Of a stretch of DNA of 64,000 nucleotides, positions 1 through 9,747 are shown one piece after another. Origin of the DNA: Pseudomonadota bacterium. Its GTDB lineage: Bacteria > Bdellovibrionota > Bdellovibrionia > Bdellovibrionales > Bdellovibrionaceae. The translations under genes were made by a program, and so were the position numbers. Position 1 is the first letter of the stretch, and each line of letters begins with the position of its first letter. Location: positions 32,001-96,000 of the forward strand of contig JBEGVH010000030.1 of the NCBI GenBank assembly GCA_041178425.1, read 5' to 3'. The notes beneath the pieces were generated by a model, which saw only the letters and a program-made list of their open reading frames with translations, was not told the origin of the DNA and searched no databases.

Positions 1-1
1 T

Positions 2-220
2 GTGCTCGATTCGGGCCCAGGCGTACCGCTTGAAATGAGAGAAAAACTCTTTCAGCCTTTTGTCACCTCCAAAGGGGCGAGTGACGGCGTCGGTCTTGGC
101 TTAAATATAGTAAAGCAGATCATTGAGAGTCACGGCGGGATGGTAGGGTATGAGCCTCGCAACGAGGGGGGATCTAAGTTTTGGCTATGGATTCCTGTAG
201 CCAAAGAATCGCTGGAATAG
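2..220 (+). CDS. Sensor histidine kinase, C-terminal HATPase_c fragment (truncated by window edge)
   Basis: DSGPGV (G1), LFQPFVTSK (F) and GVGLGL (G2) boxes. Confidence 0.9.
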   Translation: MLDSGPGVPLEMREKLFQPFVTSKGASDGVGLGLNIVKQIIESHGGMVGYEPRNEGGSKFWLWIPVAKESLE

Positions 221-295
221 AAAAAGTATTTCAATTGTCATGAACCACCAAAGATTTCAATTCGACAATTCCTAAAATTAGTATTAGATAGGGCC

Positions 296-853
296 ATGCG
301 TATTATTTCTGGAAAATACAAAGGCCAACAGCTGAATCATTTTTCCGCCGACCATATTCGGCCTACCACTGACAGGGTCAAAGAGACCCTATTTAATATT
401 ATACAGAATGACCTTCCTGGGGCCAGAGTTCTCGACCTCTTTGCCGGCACTGGTAATTTAGGGCTCGAAGCCCTCTCACGCGGGGCCGCGGAGGTTCTGT
501 TTGTCGAGAGTCACCCTAAGAGCCTAGAGATCATTCGCAAAAATATTGAAAAACTTAAGGTTACAGAAACGCACTCTATCTGGAATAAAGACGTTTTGCG
601 GTTTCTCGAAAACCCGCCCGAAAAAACTTTCGACATCATTTTTGCCGACCCTCCATTTACAAAGCAAATGGCTGACGAAGTGATGACCTTTGCTAGCCAA
701 AGTTCGGTTTTTGCGGAGCATACTATTATGGCCATTGAATCGGCAAAACGTGAAAAACTCGCAGACACCTATGGTGATTTAGTTCGTAGTGATCAACGTG
801 TCTTTGGAGATAAAATTCTAAGTTTTTTTACGAAAACGCGTGTTATAGAATAA
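296..853 (+). CDS. rsmD: 16S rRNA m2G966 methyltransferase RsmD
   Basis: MRIISGKYKG, RPTTDRVKETLFN, LDLFAGTGNLGLEALSRGA, DPPF; upstream of coaD. Confidence 0.95.
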   Translation: MRIISGKYKGQQLNHFSADHIRPTTDRVKETLFNIIQNDLPGARVLDLFAGTGNLGLEALSRGAAEVLFVESHPKSLEIIRKNIEKLKVTETHSIWNKDVLRFLENPPEKTFDIIFADPPFTKQMADEVMTFASQSSVFAEHTIMAIESAKREKLADTYGDLVRSDQRVFGDKILSFFTKTRVIE

Positions 854-861
854 TCCCATCC

Positions 862-890
862 TTGACACTTTAGTCAGCGCCAAGGACAAT
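862..890 (+). promoter_or_regulatory. Sigma70-type promoter for coaD, probably giving a leaderless mRNA
   Basis: TTGACA-N17-GACAAT ending 7 nt before ATG 898; no Shine-Dalgarno (SD). Confidence 0.55.
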
Positions 891-897
891 CGCCTCT

Positions 898-1380
898 ATG
901 AAAATTGCTGTCTACCCGGGTAGTTTTGATCCGATCACCATTGGTCATCTCGACATCATTCAGCGCCTAAGCCCCCTGTATGATGAGGTGGTCGTACTTG
1001 TTTCGCACTCTCCAAATAAGAGTTACCTTTTTTCTTCTCAAGAAAGAAAAGAGATGCTCGAAACAAGCTTAAGTCACCTCAAGAACATTAGAGTCGATAT
1101 TCACGAAGGTCTCACCGTCGACTATTTAAGAAAAATAAATGCAAAAGTCATCGTTCGAGGTCTCCGTGCCGTTGTGGACTTTGAATACGAAATGGCAATG
1201 GCCAGCATGAATAAAAAACTAGCCCCAGAAATCGAAACCGTACTCATTTTTGCAAGCCCCGATTGCTACTATATTTCAAGCCGAGCCATAAAAGAGATTG
1301 CTCGCTTCGGCGGAAACCTCGACGGCCTGGTTCCAAGTCATGTTCATCAACGATTGCTCAATATGCTTCACATCAAGTAA
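898..1380 (+). CDS. coaD: Phosphopantetheine adenylyltransferase
   Basis: YPGSFDPITIGHLDII, RGLRAVVDFEYE, ISS. Confidence 0.97.
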   Translation: MKIAVYPGSFDPITIGHLDIIQRLSPLYDEVVVLVSHSPNKSYLFSSQERKEMLETSLSHLKNIRVDIHEGLTVDYLRKINAKVIVRGLRAVVDFEYEMAMASMNKKLAPEIETVLIFASPDCYYISSRAIKEIARFGGNLDGLVPSHVHQRLLNMLHIK

Positions 1381-1394
1381 CGCGAGGAGAAAAA

Positions 1395-2591
1395 ATGTTA
1401 TCTAAAAGAGCCTTATCAATGAAACCCTCACCAACCTTACAACTGGTGGCAAAGGCCAAAGAACTTTCCTCGAAGGGTCACGACGTTATCGCTCTCTCTG
1501 TTGGTGAGCCCGACTGGCATACGTTTGAGGCCGCAGCTACAGCGGGTATCGGCGCCATCAAAGAGGGTTTTTCAAAATACACGCCTGCTAATGGAATTCT
1601 CGAATTGCGAGAAGCGATCTGCGAGCAGATAAAAAAAGAGCATGGCTTTGAGTATTCTCCGAATCAGGTCACTGTTGGCACCGGCGCTAAATTTATTTTA
1701 TTTGCGGCTTTCCAAATGCTTTGCAACGCCGACGACGAAGTCATTATTCCGTCACCTTACTGGGTTAGCTATCCTGTTATGGTTGAATTGGCCGAAGGCA
1801 AAAGCGTCATCGTCGACTGTGGTCCCGAAACTAATTTTAAGCTAACGCCAGCTCTCCTTGAAAAAGCGATCACGCCAAAAACAAAAGCTTTCTGCTTTGC
1901 CTCGCCAAGCAATCCAACGGGAATTGCCTACACCAAAGAAGAACTCAAAGGGATCGCCGACGTTTTAAAGAAGCACCCTCAAGTAGTCATTATTTCTGAT
2001 GACATCTATAATCACCTTATGTTCGGAGCGTGCAAAGTAGCTCCTCATCTTCTAGACGTCGCACCTGAGTTGAAAGATCGAGTTCTTATCGTTAATGGGG
2101 TCTCTAAGTCTTATGCCATGACGGGCTGGAGAATTGGTTGGGCTCTTGGTCCTGCTTCCCTAATTAAGTGCATGGCCGACTACCAATCTCAATCGACGTC
2201 TTCTGCAAGTAGCATCTCGCAAAGAGCGGCTCTAGCAGCCATCAAAAATAGTGACTCCGATGTTCAAAAAGCAAACGAGATGCTTAAAATTCGTCTTGAA
2301 CAAGCCATGGAGCATTTAAAATCGGTTCCATTAATCAAGGCTATCCGGCCAGATGGAGCTTTTTACCTTTGGCTCGACATTTCTCAAACAATTGGTAAAA
2401 AATTTGAGGGCCAAGTTATTCAGAGTTCAAGAGACTTTGCCGCCCTTCTTCTCGAAAAGTACTACGTTGCCGCAGTTCCCGGGGTAGAATTTGGGGTTGA
2501 GGGATTTATGCGGATTAGCTTTGCTATTGAAGCAGAAAGAATGGTTGAAGCTATTAAACGCATGAAAGATATGATCGCAAAATTGAGTTAG
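1395..2591 (+). CDS. PLP-dependent class I/II aminotransferase (aspartate aminotransferase-like)
   Basis: LSVGEPD, SPSNPTG, SDDIY, SKSYAMTGWRIG; start placed at ATG 1395 behind GAGGAG. Confidence 0.92.
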   Translation: MLSKRALSMKPSPTLQLVAKAKELSSKGHDVIALSVGEPDWHTFEAAATAGIGAIKEGFSKYTPANGILELREAICEQIKKEHGFEYSPNQVTVGTGAKFILFAAFQMLCNADDEVIIPSPYWVSYPVMVELAEGKSVIVDCGPETNFKLTPALLEKAITPKTKAFCFASPSNPTGIAYTKEELKGIADVLKKHPQVVIISDDIYNHLMFGACKVAPHLLDVAPELKDRVLIVNGVSKSYAMTGWRIGWALGPASLIKCMADYQSQSTSSASSISQRAALAAIKNSDSDVQKANEMLKIRLEQAMEHLKSVPLIKAIRPDGAFYLWLDISQTIGKKFEGQVIQSSRDFAALLLEKYYVAAVPGVEFGVEGFMRISFAIEAERMVEAIKRMKDMIAKLS

Positions 2592-2607
2592 TTACTTTTA
2601 ATAAATT

Positions 2608-2643
2608 CCCCCCTCAGGCGACCTCGCCTGAGAGGGCGGCTTT
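2608..2643 (+). terminator. GC-rich hairpin after the aminotransferase (possible terminator)
   Basis: CTCAGGCG-acct-CGCCTGAG stem; only a short U-run follows. Confidence 0.45.
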
Positions 2644-2756
2644 ACCAGACTAAAGCCTTGATCTCAGGCCACCTCCAGCTCAACCGCTAAAAGTTTTATA
2701 CCTCTAATGCCATTTATACGACTTGTAAGGGCTTATCTTGGTGTTATTATTTAGTA

Positions 2757-3446
2757 ATGATGATGCCAATAAAAATTTTATTCGGACTTGTAATCGTAGC
2801 TCTTGGGTTTTCACTTTGTTTTTTAACTGCAAAGAACTCTTTTAACGGCGAAGAGTATATCTCTGCAAAGAGACTCATGACCAGACTTAGTAGAGATGTT
2901 GCTGCCACCAGAAGAGATTATGGCATGGCCGAAAACTTACTCATTTCGACCTCTCCTTTAAAGTCAATCAGCCAAGCCCGCCTGATAAAGTCTGGAAACT
3001 ATTATCAGCTATCGATTGGGCACTTCAGTACCAAGAATAAAAACGGCGAACCTGTTTTTGCGTGTCAGGTTTACGACCAAGTTACCGTCCACTACGAATC
3101 TGCCCTTAATAACAAACAAAGTGCCCAACGGACCCCCCAAAGTCTCTCTTTCGAACTGCCCTGCAAAATGTCCGACGAAGATATTCGCCGAATCGCACCT
3201 ATCAATTTTGCACCCACGGAGATACTTAAAGAAACTCCCTCGGATGGTACGTTCCCTTTTTCGAACCATGGCGAATTTCTTGTGCGCTTACAAAACATAG
3301 AAGATCAATGGGCGACCGAATGGAATTTTAAATCAATACAATTTAAAGATAGTCGATCTCAAGTTCCGCCCATCGAAGTATTAGGGAGCGAGGTTCGACC
3401 TATCGAACGCGAACGGCTCGATATGGAATGGCCAGAAACAAAGTAA
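2757..3446 (+). CDS. Hypothetical exported or membrane-anchored protein
   Basis: 229-aa ORF, N-terminal hydrophobic helix, two Cys; extended -10 TGTTATTAT 6 nt before the ATG. Confidence 0.7.
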   Translation: MMMPIKILFGLVIVALGFSLCFLTAKNSFNGEEYISAKRLMTRLSRDVAATRRDYGMAENLLISTSPLKSISQARLIKSGNYYQLSIGHFSTKNKNGEPVFACQVYDQVTVHYESALNNKQSAQRTPQSLSFELPCKMSDEDIRRIAPINFAPTEILKETPSDGTFPFSNHGEFLVRLQNIEDQWATEWNFKSIQFKDSRSQVPPIEVLGSEVRPIERERLDMEWPETK

Positions 3447-3459
3447 CGGTTACATTTAA

Positions 3460-3936
3460 GTGAATATTGTTAAGATCGAAAACAAAAAACATTTTGCCGT
3501 GCTTGGACATCTGACTCAGGCTTATGAAGCGGAGTTTTCGAAGATCACACAAAAACTCCCTAATCAAGATGGTGTTTTTGAACCCGACACGCTGATTGAT
3601 GAGAATCACGAGGGTTATCTTCTTTTTAACGACGACCAAATTCCAATTGGCTTTTGCATCAAAGGAACTGTTGGGACCTGCCATGATATTTCGGAGTTCT
3701 ATATAATTCCGGCCCTTCGCAAAAATGGCTGGGGAAAACGCTTTGCTTTTGCGATTTTCAATAAATACCGCGGCCCCTGGCAAGTACGACAAATAATGGG
3801 CGCCGATCGGGCCCGTAAGTTTTGGCAAAGTTCAATTCAAGATTACACGAGTGGCCAGTTCGAAGAGGTGCTCTCATCTGATCCTGACTGGGGACAAGTT
3901 TTTCTCCAAACTTTTGAAAACAAAAAAGTTGTATAA
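3460..3936 (+). CDS. GNAT family N-acetyltransferase
   Basis: EFYIIPALRKNGWGK acetyl-CoA motif; WQVRQ...ARKFW. Confidence 0.85.
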   Translation: MNIVKIENKKHFAVLGHLTQAYEAEFSKITQKLPNQDGVFEPDTLIDENHEGYLLFNDDQIPIGFCIKGTVGTCHDISEFYIIPALRKNGWGKRFAFAIFNKYRGPWQVRQIMGADRARKFWQSSIQDYTSGQFEEVLSSDPDWGQVFLQTFENKKVV

Positions 3937-4039
3937 CCGATATTATCAATTGGGCTGACCTTTTCTGCTCTACTGACGACAAGTTAGACACCAATATCAC
4001 TAGTAAGAGCCGAGTGCTCTTATTTCTGTGGCATTCGCA

Positions 4040-4055
4040 AGGCACTGTGCTTGCA
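4040..4055 (+). promoter_or_regulatory. Sigma54 -24/-12 promoter upstream of the CP ATP-grasp gene
   Basis: AGGCACTGTGCTTGCA: GG-N10-GC with GGCAC and TTGCA. Confidence 0.7.
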
Positions 4056-4104
4056 GACTCTTTGATAACTTGTTCGTAAATCCGACGTTTTCGAGGAGTC
4101 GCTC

Positions 4105-5805
4105 TTGAATATTTTCTCAAAAAAAATGATCCCTCAAATCCTCTTGCAAGCCATCACCCTCATGGGCCTTATCACTCCCCTTGCGGTCAATGCTACAGGT
4201 TTAGGTTACGACGAGATTTTTGAGAAAAACGGCAATGTACGACCTCAATACCAACAAATTTATGACCTTTACCTAAAAAGATATTCTTCTCATGAGCCCT
4301 CCTATTTAAAAGACACCCGCGCCGCTTTTCAGGGTGATAATGCCCTTGACCCTATGCCTCGCCTTCTCACAACAGAGGAGTATGAAACTCTACGAGCGGG
4401 CGTACACCAGAGAGCACAAGCGATTCTGGCCTTTCTGAAAAGCTATCACTCGGGCCGCAATAGCTTTGCTCAGGCTGGTGTTATACCCGTAGACCTCGTT
4501 GATAAAATTGCCGCCCGCAGTGGCGATATCGGCTTTAAAGAGAAAGTAAATCCAAAAACAATCGCTTTTCTTTACGGCCCCGATGTTATTCGAGATCAAA
4601 ACGGGGAATGGAGAGTCATCGAAGACAATTTAGGATTTATTGGAGGCACTGGTGACCTCAACCTCGCTCAAGAATTAATGTTTAAATCTTACCCAGAGCT
4701 CGCAGAAGACTTTAAAGCTCGCCGGTCTGATCGCTTTTACGAAACGGTTGCCGAATCTTACAAAAAGCGAGCGGAGTCTTACGGTGGCAGAACGATCCTC
4801 TACATGATTCCAACGTACTCGGCTGACAACGAAGACCAACGCATTTCAAAAATTTTCGCCAGCAAGGGCATTGAAACCATCACTCCCCAGTCGATTCAGC
4901 GATTGGATATTCGCGATGACGGTGTTTACCTGAAAATGCCTTACACCAACGCGCCCGCAGAATTTGAGAAAGTTGGTTTTATCGTTTTAAATGCTGAACA
5001 TGCCTGGGTCGATCCTCAACATAAAGCTTCTCGCGTGCGTAACCTTATGGAAGCAGCGTCTAACCTTTTGCGAGAAAAGAAAACCTCTCCCATTTTAAAA
5101 GAACGTCTTGGCGTGCTCCTGTCACAGACTGATCCGCGAACTCATCTCCCTGATTTGAAAAAGTTGGAGTCACTCCTTTTGAAGGCGGGTTACGAAGAAG
5201 ACAAGGTCGTAAAAAAACAAAACCGAGGTCTCCTCGATGCAGCACTCGCAAATAAGGTGGGCCTTAGTTATACTCCTGGTGTTGATTTTGTTGGTGATAA
5301 AGAAATGTATTTGTACATCGAAGATTTAATTAGATTTTATTTACATGAAGAGCCTATTTTAAAAAATATCGAAACCGACAAGTTTAGTGTGGGATCGAGC
5401 ACTGAAGTGGATACGAAAAAATTTGAGATGGTGTTTAGTAATCTTGATTCGTACGTGATAAAAAAAGTAGATGGTAGAGGTGGTGATAGCGTTTGGGTTG
5501 GGCCCAAGATCACCGAAAATGAAATTCCTGCCCTCAAAACTGCCATCGAGACGAATCCAGACGTTTATATTTACCAAAAATACACGCCCCTTTCGACAGC
5601 TAATAATAATATCGTTGATCTGCGGGTGATTGCCGATGTGAGCAACCAGGGCATTATCGTTACCGAAACTCCCTGGGGCCGTGGTCTTCCCAAAAACGGT
5701 AACGGCAAAGTTAATATCTCCGATCAAGGGCGCGAAATATCAGTGGTTGTGGTGGATAAAATCCCCTCCTATGAGGCCATGAAGTGCTCACAATTAAAAT
5801 ACTAA
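4105..5805 (+). CDS. Circularly permuted type 2 ATP-grasp protein with predicted signal peptide
   Basis: YDEIF..G.VRP.Y, DPMPRLL, GPDVIRD.NGEWRVIEDN, DKEMY.YIEDLIRFYLHEEPILKNIET, VIKKVDGRGG, VDLR; TTG start behind GAGGAG. Confidence 0.85.
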   Translation: MNIFSKKMIPQILLQAITLMGLITPLAVNATGLGYDEIFEKNGNVRPQYQQIYDLYLKRYSSHEPSYLKDTRAAFQGDNALDPMPRLLTTEEYETLRAGVHQRAQAILAFLKSYHSGRNSFAQAGVIPVDLVDKIAARSGDIGFKEKVNPKTIAFLYGPDVIRDQNGEWRVIEDNLGFIGGTGDLNLAQELMFKSYPELAEDFKARRSDRFYETVAESYKKRAESYGGRTILYMIPTYSADNEDQRISKIFASKGIETITPQSIQRLDIRDDGVYLKMPYTNAPAEFEKVGFIVLNAEHAWVDPQHKASRVRNLMEAASNLLREKKTSPILKERLGVLLSQTDPRTHLPDLKKLESLLLKAGYEEDKVVKKQNRGLLDAALANKVGLSYTPGVDFVGDKEMYLYIEDLIRFYLHEEPILKNIETDKFSVGSSTEVDTKKFEMVFSNLDSYVIKKVDGRGGDSVWVGPKITENEIPALKTAIETNPDVYIYQKYTPLSTANNNIVDLRVIADVSNQGIIVTETPWGRGLPKNGNGKVNISDQGREISVVVVDKIPSYEAMKCSQLKY

Positions 5806-5813
5806 AAAAGAAG

Positions 5814-5830
5814 TTGGCAAAATAAATGCT
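5814..5830 (+). promoter_or_regulatory. Candidate sigma54 promoter upstream of the thioredoxin-TPR gene
   Basis: TTGGCAAAATAAATGCT: GG-N10-GC, about 32 nt before the ATG. Confidence 0.45.
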
Positions 5831-5861
5831 AAAACGCTAGAAAGTCTGCGGAGGACTTTCT

Positions 5862-7544
5862 ATGCGTATCTGGGTTAGCTTTTGGCTTGTTATACTATCC
5901 CTTTCTACTGGATCTGCCGCTCTGAAGTCGGAGGGAAAAACTCACCTTCAGGTTTTGCAGGGGCAAAAGTCAGCCTCTATTAAGGTCGACAAGGGCTTTC
6001 ATTTTAATCTTGAGGCACCCAAATATCTCTTAAACAACCAAAATAAAATAGCCCCCTCAGCGGCAACAGAAGCCAAGCTTGAATTCAAATGGGCCGAAGA
6101 TCTTAAACCAAACGCAAAAATACATTATTACGTTTGTGATGATGCTAAAACGGTTTGCGAACCCCATAGCCACACACTGAATCCTCAGATTTTAGAAAAC
6201 AAAAAAACTGCTCAAGGCGCTGATAAAAGCACCCTTGCCTCAACAAAGGTCACCCGTGATAACGAAGGCTTTATTCTCAACAATTTTGAGGTAGCAAAAC
6301 GTCAAGCAGCAAAAAAGAACACTCTTCTTTTGATTGATTTTACAGCGAGCTGGTGTCCGGCTTGCATTCGACTGATTCACGAAACCTTTGCCGCCAACTC
6401 CTTTAAAAAAATATCACAAAAGTATGTTTTGTTAAAAGTGGACGTCGACCTCGAAGAAAACCAAGAATTACTTGAACAATTCTCTATTCATGCCTTTCCG
6501 AGCCTGGTGCTTGTTGATGCCAAGGGTGATGAGATCGAACGTTTTCTCGACTATATTCCATCTGAAACCTTAGTTCCAGCCCTAGAAAAATTGGCGACGG
6601 GTCGTCTCGAGTCTCTTAAACAACTCAAAGCCAAAGCAACCAAAGGAAACGTGGCTGCCCGAACTTCACTTGGCATCAATGCCTTTAAGGCGCAAAAAAC
6701 AAGTGAGTGTCTCGATTGGCTAGAGCCACTCTCTATAAAACCTATTGAGTATTATTTTTGCTCCATAGAAAAAGCTCAAGAAGACGCTTCAAATAGCAAT
6801 TCCGAAAACACAACAGCCCTAGAAGTAGCCCTTCAAAAAGCTTTGGAGGCATTTCCTCAGTCTTTTTACAGTATCGATTGGAGGCTACAGCTCGCGGAGA
6901 TCCGTAAAAAACAGCCAAAAAAACAAGATTACGAAAAACTACTCGCCGAAGCCAAACAGCTTGGGCGCGACTGGCTAGATAATCCAACTAAACTCCAAAA
7001 TGCCAATAAAAATGGTGAACTCCTTGAACTGCAGGGGCTGGTACTACCAGAGGTGCATTTTGTGCTTGGAAAAATCGCAGAAGATCTCGGCGATAAAAAA
7101 GAGGCCCAAAAAGAATATGAACACTCTGTTGAACTAACAATGAGCCTCAACCCCTCTGCTAAGAATCCCACCATTGTTCTTTACCTAGTTCAGTACTTGA
7201 AGAAGATTCACTCTTATGAAAAACCCCTTGAATGGTTAAAAAAGCTCGAAGAAGGCTATCCTCAGGAATTTACCTATCTTCATCGTCAGGCGTCTCTCCT
7301 CAACGAAAACAAAAAATTTCAAGAAGCTCTCCCTTTGGCCGAAAAAGCACACGCCCTTGCCTATGGAAAAAACCAAGTACGAACTGGGCTTCTTCTCGCC
7401 AAAGTTCAGACTGAGCTTAATAATAAGAAAGAGGCGCAAACTATTTTGCAAAATCTTTTAAAGACGTCGGCGGTGCAAGCGCCAGGTAGCACGCAAAGTC
7501 GAGAAAAGATCATGCGTGCCCTGAAAGAATTCGGTGCGAACTAA
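5862..7544 (+). CDS. Exported thioredoxin-family protein with N-terminal DsbD-alpha-like domain and C-terminal TPR-like helices
   Basis: Signal peptide, YYVCDDAKTVC, IDFTASWCPAC, AFPS cis-Pro, helical repeats. Confidence 0.8.
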   Translation: MRIWVSFWLVILSLSTGSAALKSEGKTHLQVLQGQKSASIKVDKGFHFNLEAPKYLLNNQNKIAPSAATEAKLEFKWAEDLKPNAKIHYYVCDDAKTVCEPHSHTLNPQILENKKTAQGADKSTLASTKVTRDNEGFILNNFEVAKRQAAKKNTLLLIDFTASWCPACIRLIHETFAANSFKKISQKYVLLKVDVDLEENQELLEQFSIHAFPSLVLVDAKGDEIERFLDYIPSETLVPALEKLATGRLESLKQLKAKATKGNVAARTSLGINAFKAQKTSECLDWLEPLSIKPIEYYFCSIEKAQEDASNSNSENTTALEVALQKALEAFPQSFYSIDWRLQLAEIRKKQPKKQDYEKLLAEAKQLGRDWLDNPTKLQNANKNGELLELQGLVLPEVHFVLGKIAEDLGDKKEAQKEYEHSVELTMSLNPSAKNPTIVLYLVQYLKKIHSYEKPLEWLKKLEEGYPQEFTYLHRQASLLNENKKFQEALPLAEKAHALAYGKNQVRTGLLLAKVQTELNNKKEAQTILQNLLKTSAVQAPGSTQSREKIMRALKEFGAN

Positions 7545-9607
7545 AAATTAATATTCCAATTCAGAGTGGCCGTAAGGGTGTACTTATTGTAGGTCGAGGC
7601 CTCGAGTGTTGAAGTATTAGTTTCGTAACCAGCCGCTAAGATACCTTGCAGTTTTTCTGTGAGTGGCGAACTCAAACTAGTACTAAAATTGAGGTTCGAG
7701 TCTTTTCTATTTGCCGAACTTCTTGAGTAATCGCTGCTAGAGGCCATCAGCATGCTGGTCCAACTGCTCTTTTGTAAAACCGGCTTCAGATACCCTAATA
7801 CGAGTTCGAATTTTCCAAAGGCATTGTCATCGGCGGGAGATTGGTTACTGAGATAACTCCAGTTAAACAGTAAGGCAGTGGTCTTTTTTTGATCCATAAA
7901 CCATATATTGTTGTTTCCTAAGAGCACTTTAGTTGCATCGGCAGTTCCCACACTCTGTAATTTTGAATCTTCTCCCCGCCAGTCTAGTCGAATAATTGAA
8001 ATCAAGTCATTATTAACAACAAATGTTTGTTCGGTGGTAACAACACTGCTCCCCATGGTCATTTCTCTTGTCCCCACACCATCGGCGTTCAAGTACAGAC
8101 TTTCATAGCCCGGAGAGACTGAAAAAATGTAGGGCTTGCCGAAGAGCTTACCCTTCCATTTGTAGGGAATCTTAGCCGCGAGAATCTGTGGATCGGCAAA
8201 TTGAAGAGTCGCATTGGGTTTAAATTTACTATCAACGCTATACATATCTGTATAGCTCACTGCTGCTTCAAGTTCATGACGGTCATTGAAGATCAAGCGA
8301 TACTCTAGGTTCGCATTGAGAAGGCCGCGAAAGCCCGCCTTGTCGGTGGCTGGGGCGCTAGCCGCATTAGAGACTAACAGAATATTGGAGTCGTACATCA
8401 AACCAGTAGTGACCGTTGCCGTGAAGCGTTTTTCGAGCATGGCTAAGTATTGCTCAATCGAAGCAATCTGTTCGATATAAGCTTCAGCCTGAGCGTCGAG
8501 TTGAGTGTCATCGGAAGTGTCGATTGTTTTTTCGAAAGCAGCTTTCGAGGCTTTGTAGTTTTCACGAGAAAAATGAATAACACCAGTAAAAAAACTCGCC
8601 GAAGGCCCGAGAGCTTTGTCGGGGGACGACGTGACCGCTTCAAACTCTTTGAGAGCAGCGTTGTATTCTTTAAGCTTCATGTAACAGAGCCCCTGATAAA
8701 AGGACTTTTCATGAGGATTGACGTTTTTATCGTTGGCGAGTTTAAAGGCAACAAGGGCCTCATTGTATTTTTGATTCTTATAAAGAGTCGCCCCGTATTG
8801 AAAGTAATAAGTTGTTTCGGAGGGATCGAGCTCAATACTCTTTCTAAAATTGGCTTCTGCTTCGACAAACCTCTGCCCTTGAAAATCCTTGAGCGCTAGA
8901 GCTGATAATTCTTTGGCTTTTTTTATCCTAGCCAGGCGCTCTTCAGCACTGAGGCGTTCTTGTTCTTTTTTGAGTTCTTCTTGACGAAGGCGCGCCTCTT
9001 CTTCTTTTTTAAGTCGGTTAGCTTCTTGTTCCTGGGCTAAGCGAGCGAGTCGTTCTTGCTCAGCAGCCACGGCCGCTTTTCGGGCGGCCTCAATGGCCAC
9101 AGGATCCACCACAGCTTTTGCTGCCCCTTTTTTAGATTGAGAGGCTAAAAAGGCTTCTTGCTCCGTTACATAAACAGTCATTATTTGCTTCTTCTTTAAC
9201 CGACGCAAAAGGTAAGGCTTCTTTAATAGAAAACCACCGTTGATGAGGGCGTCTATCGACTGTAAAGATTCTTTTTCGGCAATCTCTTGAGAGGGAATAA
9301 AAACATCTGCATCGAGAGACTCACCGTTACTGGAACGTAAAAAAAACTGGCCTGTAAAGGTTCCACTGTCTTCTTTTTCTTCGGTTAAAATCAACTTAAC
9401 TGTTTGATGACTTTGCCGATCTCTGAGCAATAAAATTCCTGAGTCTTTTTCGCTCGAAGACTTATTCCACGGTGCAAATTTGAATTCCACTTTTAATGGC
9501 AAGTTTGGGCTTTGTTTCGATTCTGTTTGGGCCCATGCCCCTGGCGACTGAACCAATGCAAGAGACGTTATTAAGTTAAGAGCTTGTTTTTTTGTAACGA
9601 ATGGCAT
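7541..9607 (-). CDS. TPR-containing predicted outer-membrane beta-barrel protein
   Basis: Signal peptide, coiled coil, TPRs, YDSNI strand start, amphipathic strands, terminal Phe (LNWNINF). Confidence 0.8.
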   Translation of the reverse strand: MPFVTKKQALNLITSLALVQSPGAWAQTESKQSPNLPLKVEFKFAPWNKSSSEKDSGILLLRDRQSHQTVKLILTEEKEDSGTFTGQFFLRSSNGESLDADVFIPSQEIAEKESLQSIDALINGGFLLKKPYLLRRLKKKQIMTVYVTEQEAFLASQSKKGAAKAVVDPVAIEAARKAAVAAEQERLARLAQEQEANRLKKEEEARLRQEELKKEQERLSAEERLARIKKAKELSALALKDFQGQRFVEAEANFRKSIELDPSETTYYFQYGATLYKNQKYNEALVAFKLANDKNVNPHEKSFYQGLCYMKLKEYNAALKEFEAVTSSPDKALGPSASFFTGVIHFSRENYKASKAAFEKTIDTSDDTQLDAQAEAYIEQIASIEQYLAMLEKRFTATVTTGLMYDSNILLVSNAASAPATDKAGFRGLLNANLEYRLIFNDRHELEAAVSYTDMYSVDSKFKPNATLQFADPQILAAKIPYKWKGKLFGKPYIFSVSPGYESLYLNADGVGTREMTMGSSVVTTEQTFVVNNDLISIIRLDWRGEDSKLQSVGTADATKVLLGNNNIWFMDQKKTTALLFNWSYLSNQSPADDNAFGKFELVLGYLKPVLQKSSWTSMLMASSSDYSRSSANRKDSNLNFSTSLSSPLTEKLQGILAAGYETNTSTLEASTYNKYTLTATLNWNINF

Positions 9608-9724
9608 TGAGCTAGACCCCTTAAGAAGGATTTGAGTTTAAATTCTCCCTCTTAAAAGTATGCCTGTATTCTTAAAAAGATTTAGCTCTCTCGAAGAGAA
9701 CTAGACCTCAAACAATCAAGACCA

Positions 9725-9745
9725 AAGTGGGGCTAGGCCCCACTT
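9725..9745 (-). terminator. Hairpin immediately after the FecR-domain gene
   Basis: AAGTGGGGC-tag-GCCCCACTT perfect 9-bp stem; short U-run on the minus strand. Confidence 0.5.
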
Positions 9746-9747
9746 GT

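Noticed and set aside
1263..1394. Longer N-termini given by the ORF track (aminotransferase here; also clpP, RCC1 protein, S8, GltD/E/F-like)
   Set aside because: Downstream starts have better SD spacing and put signal peptides or family N-termini at position 1
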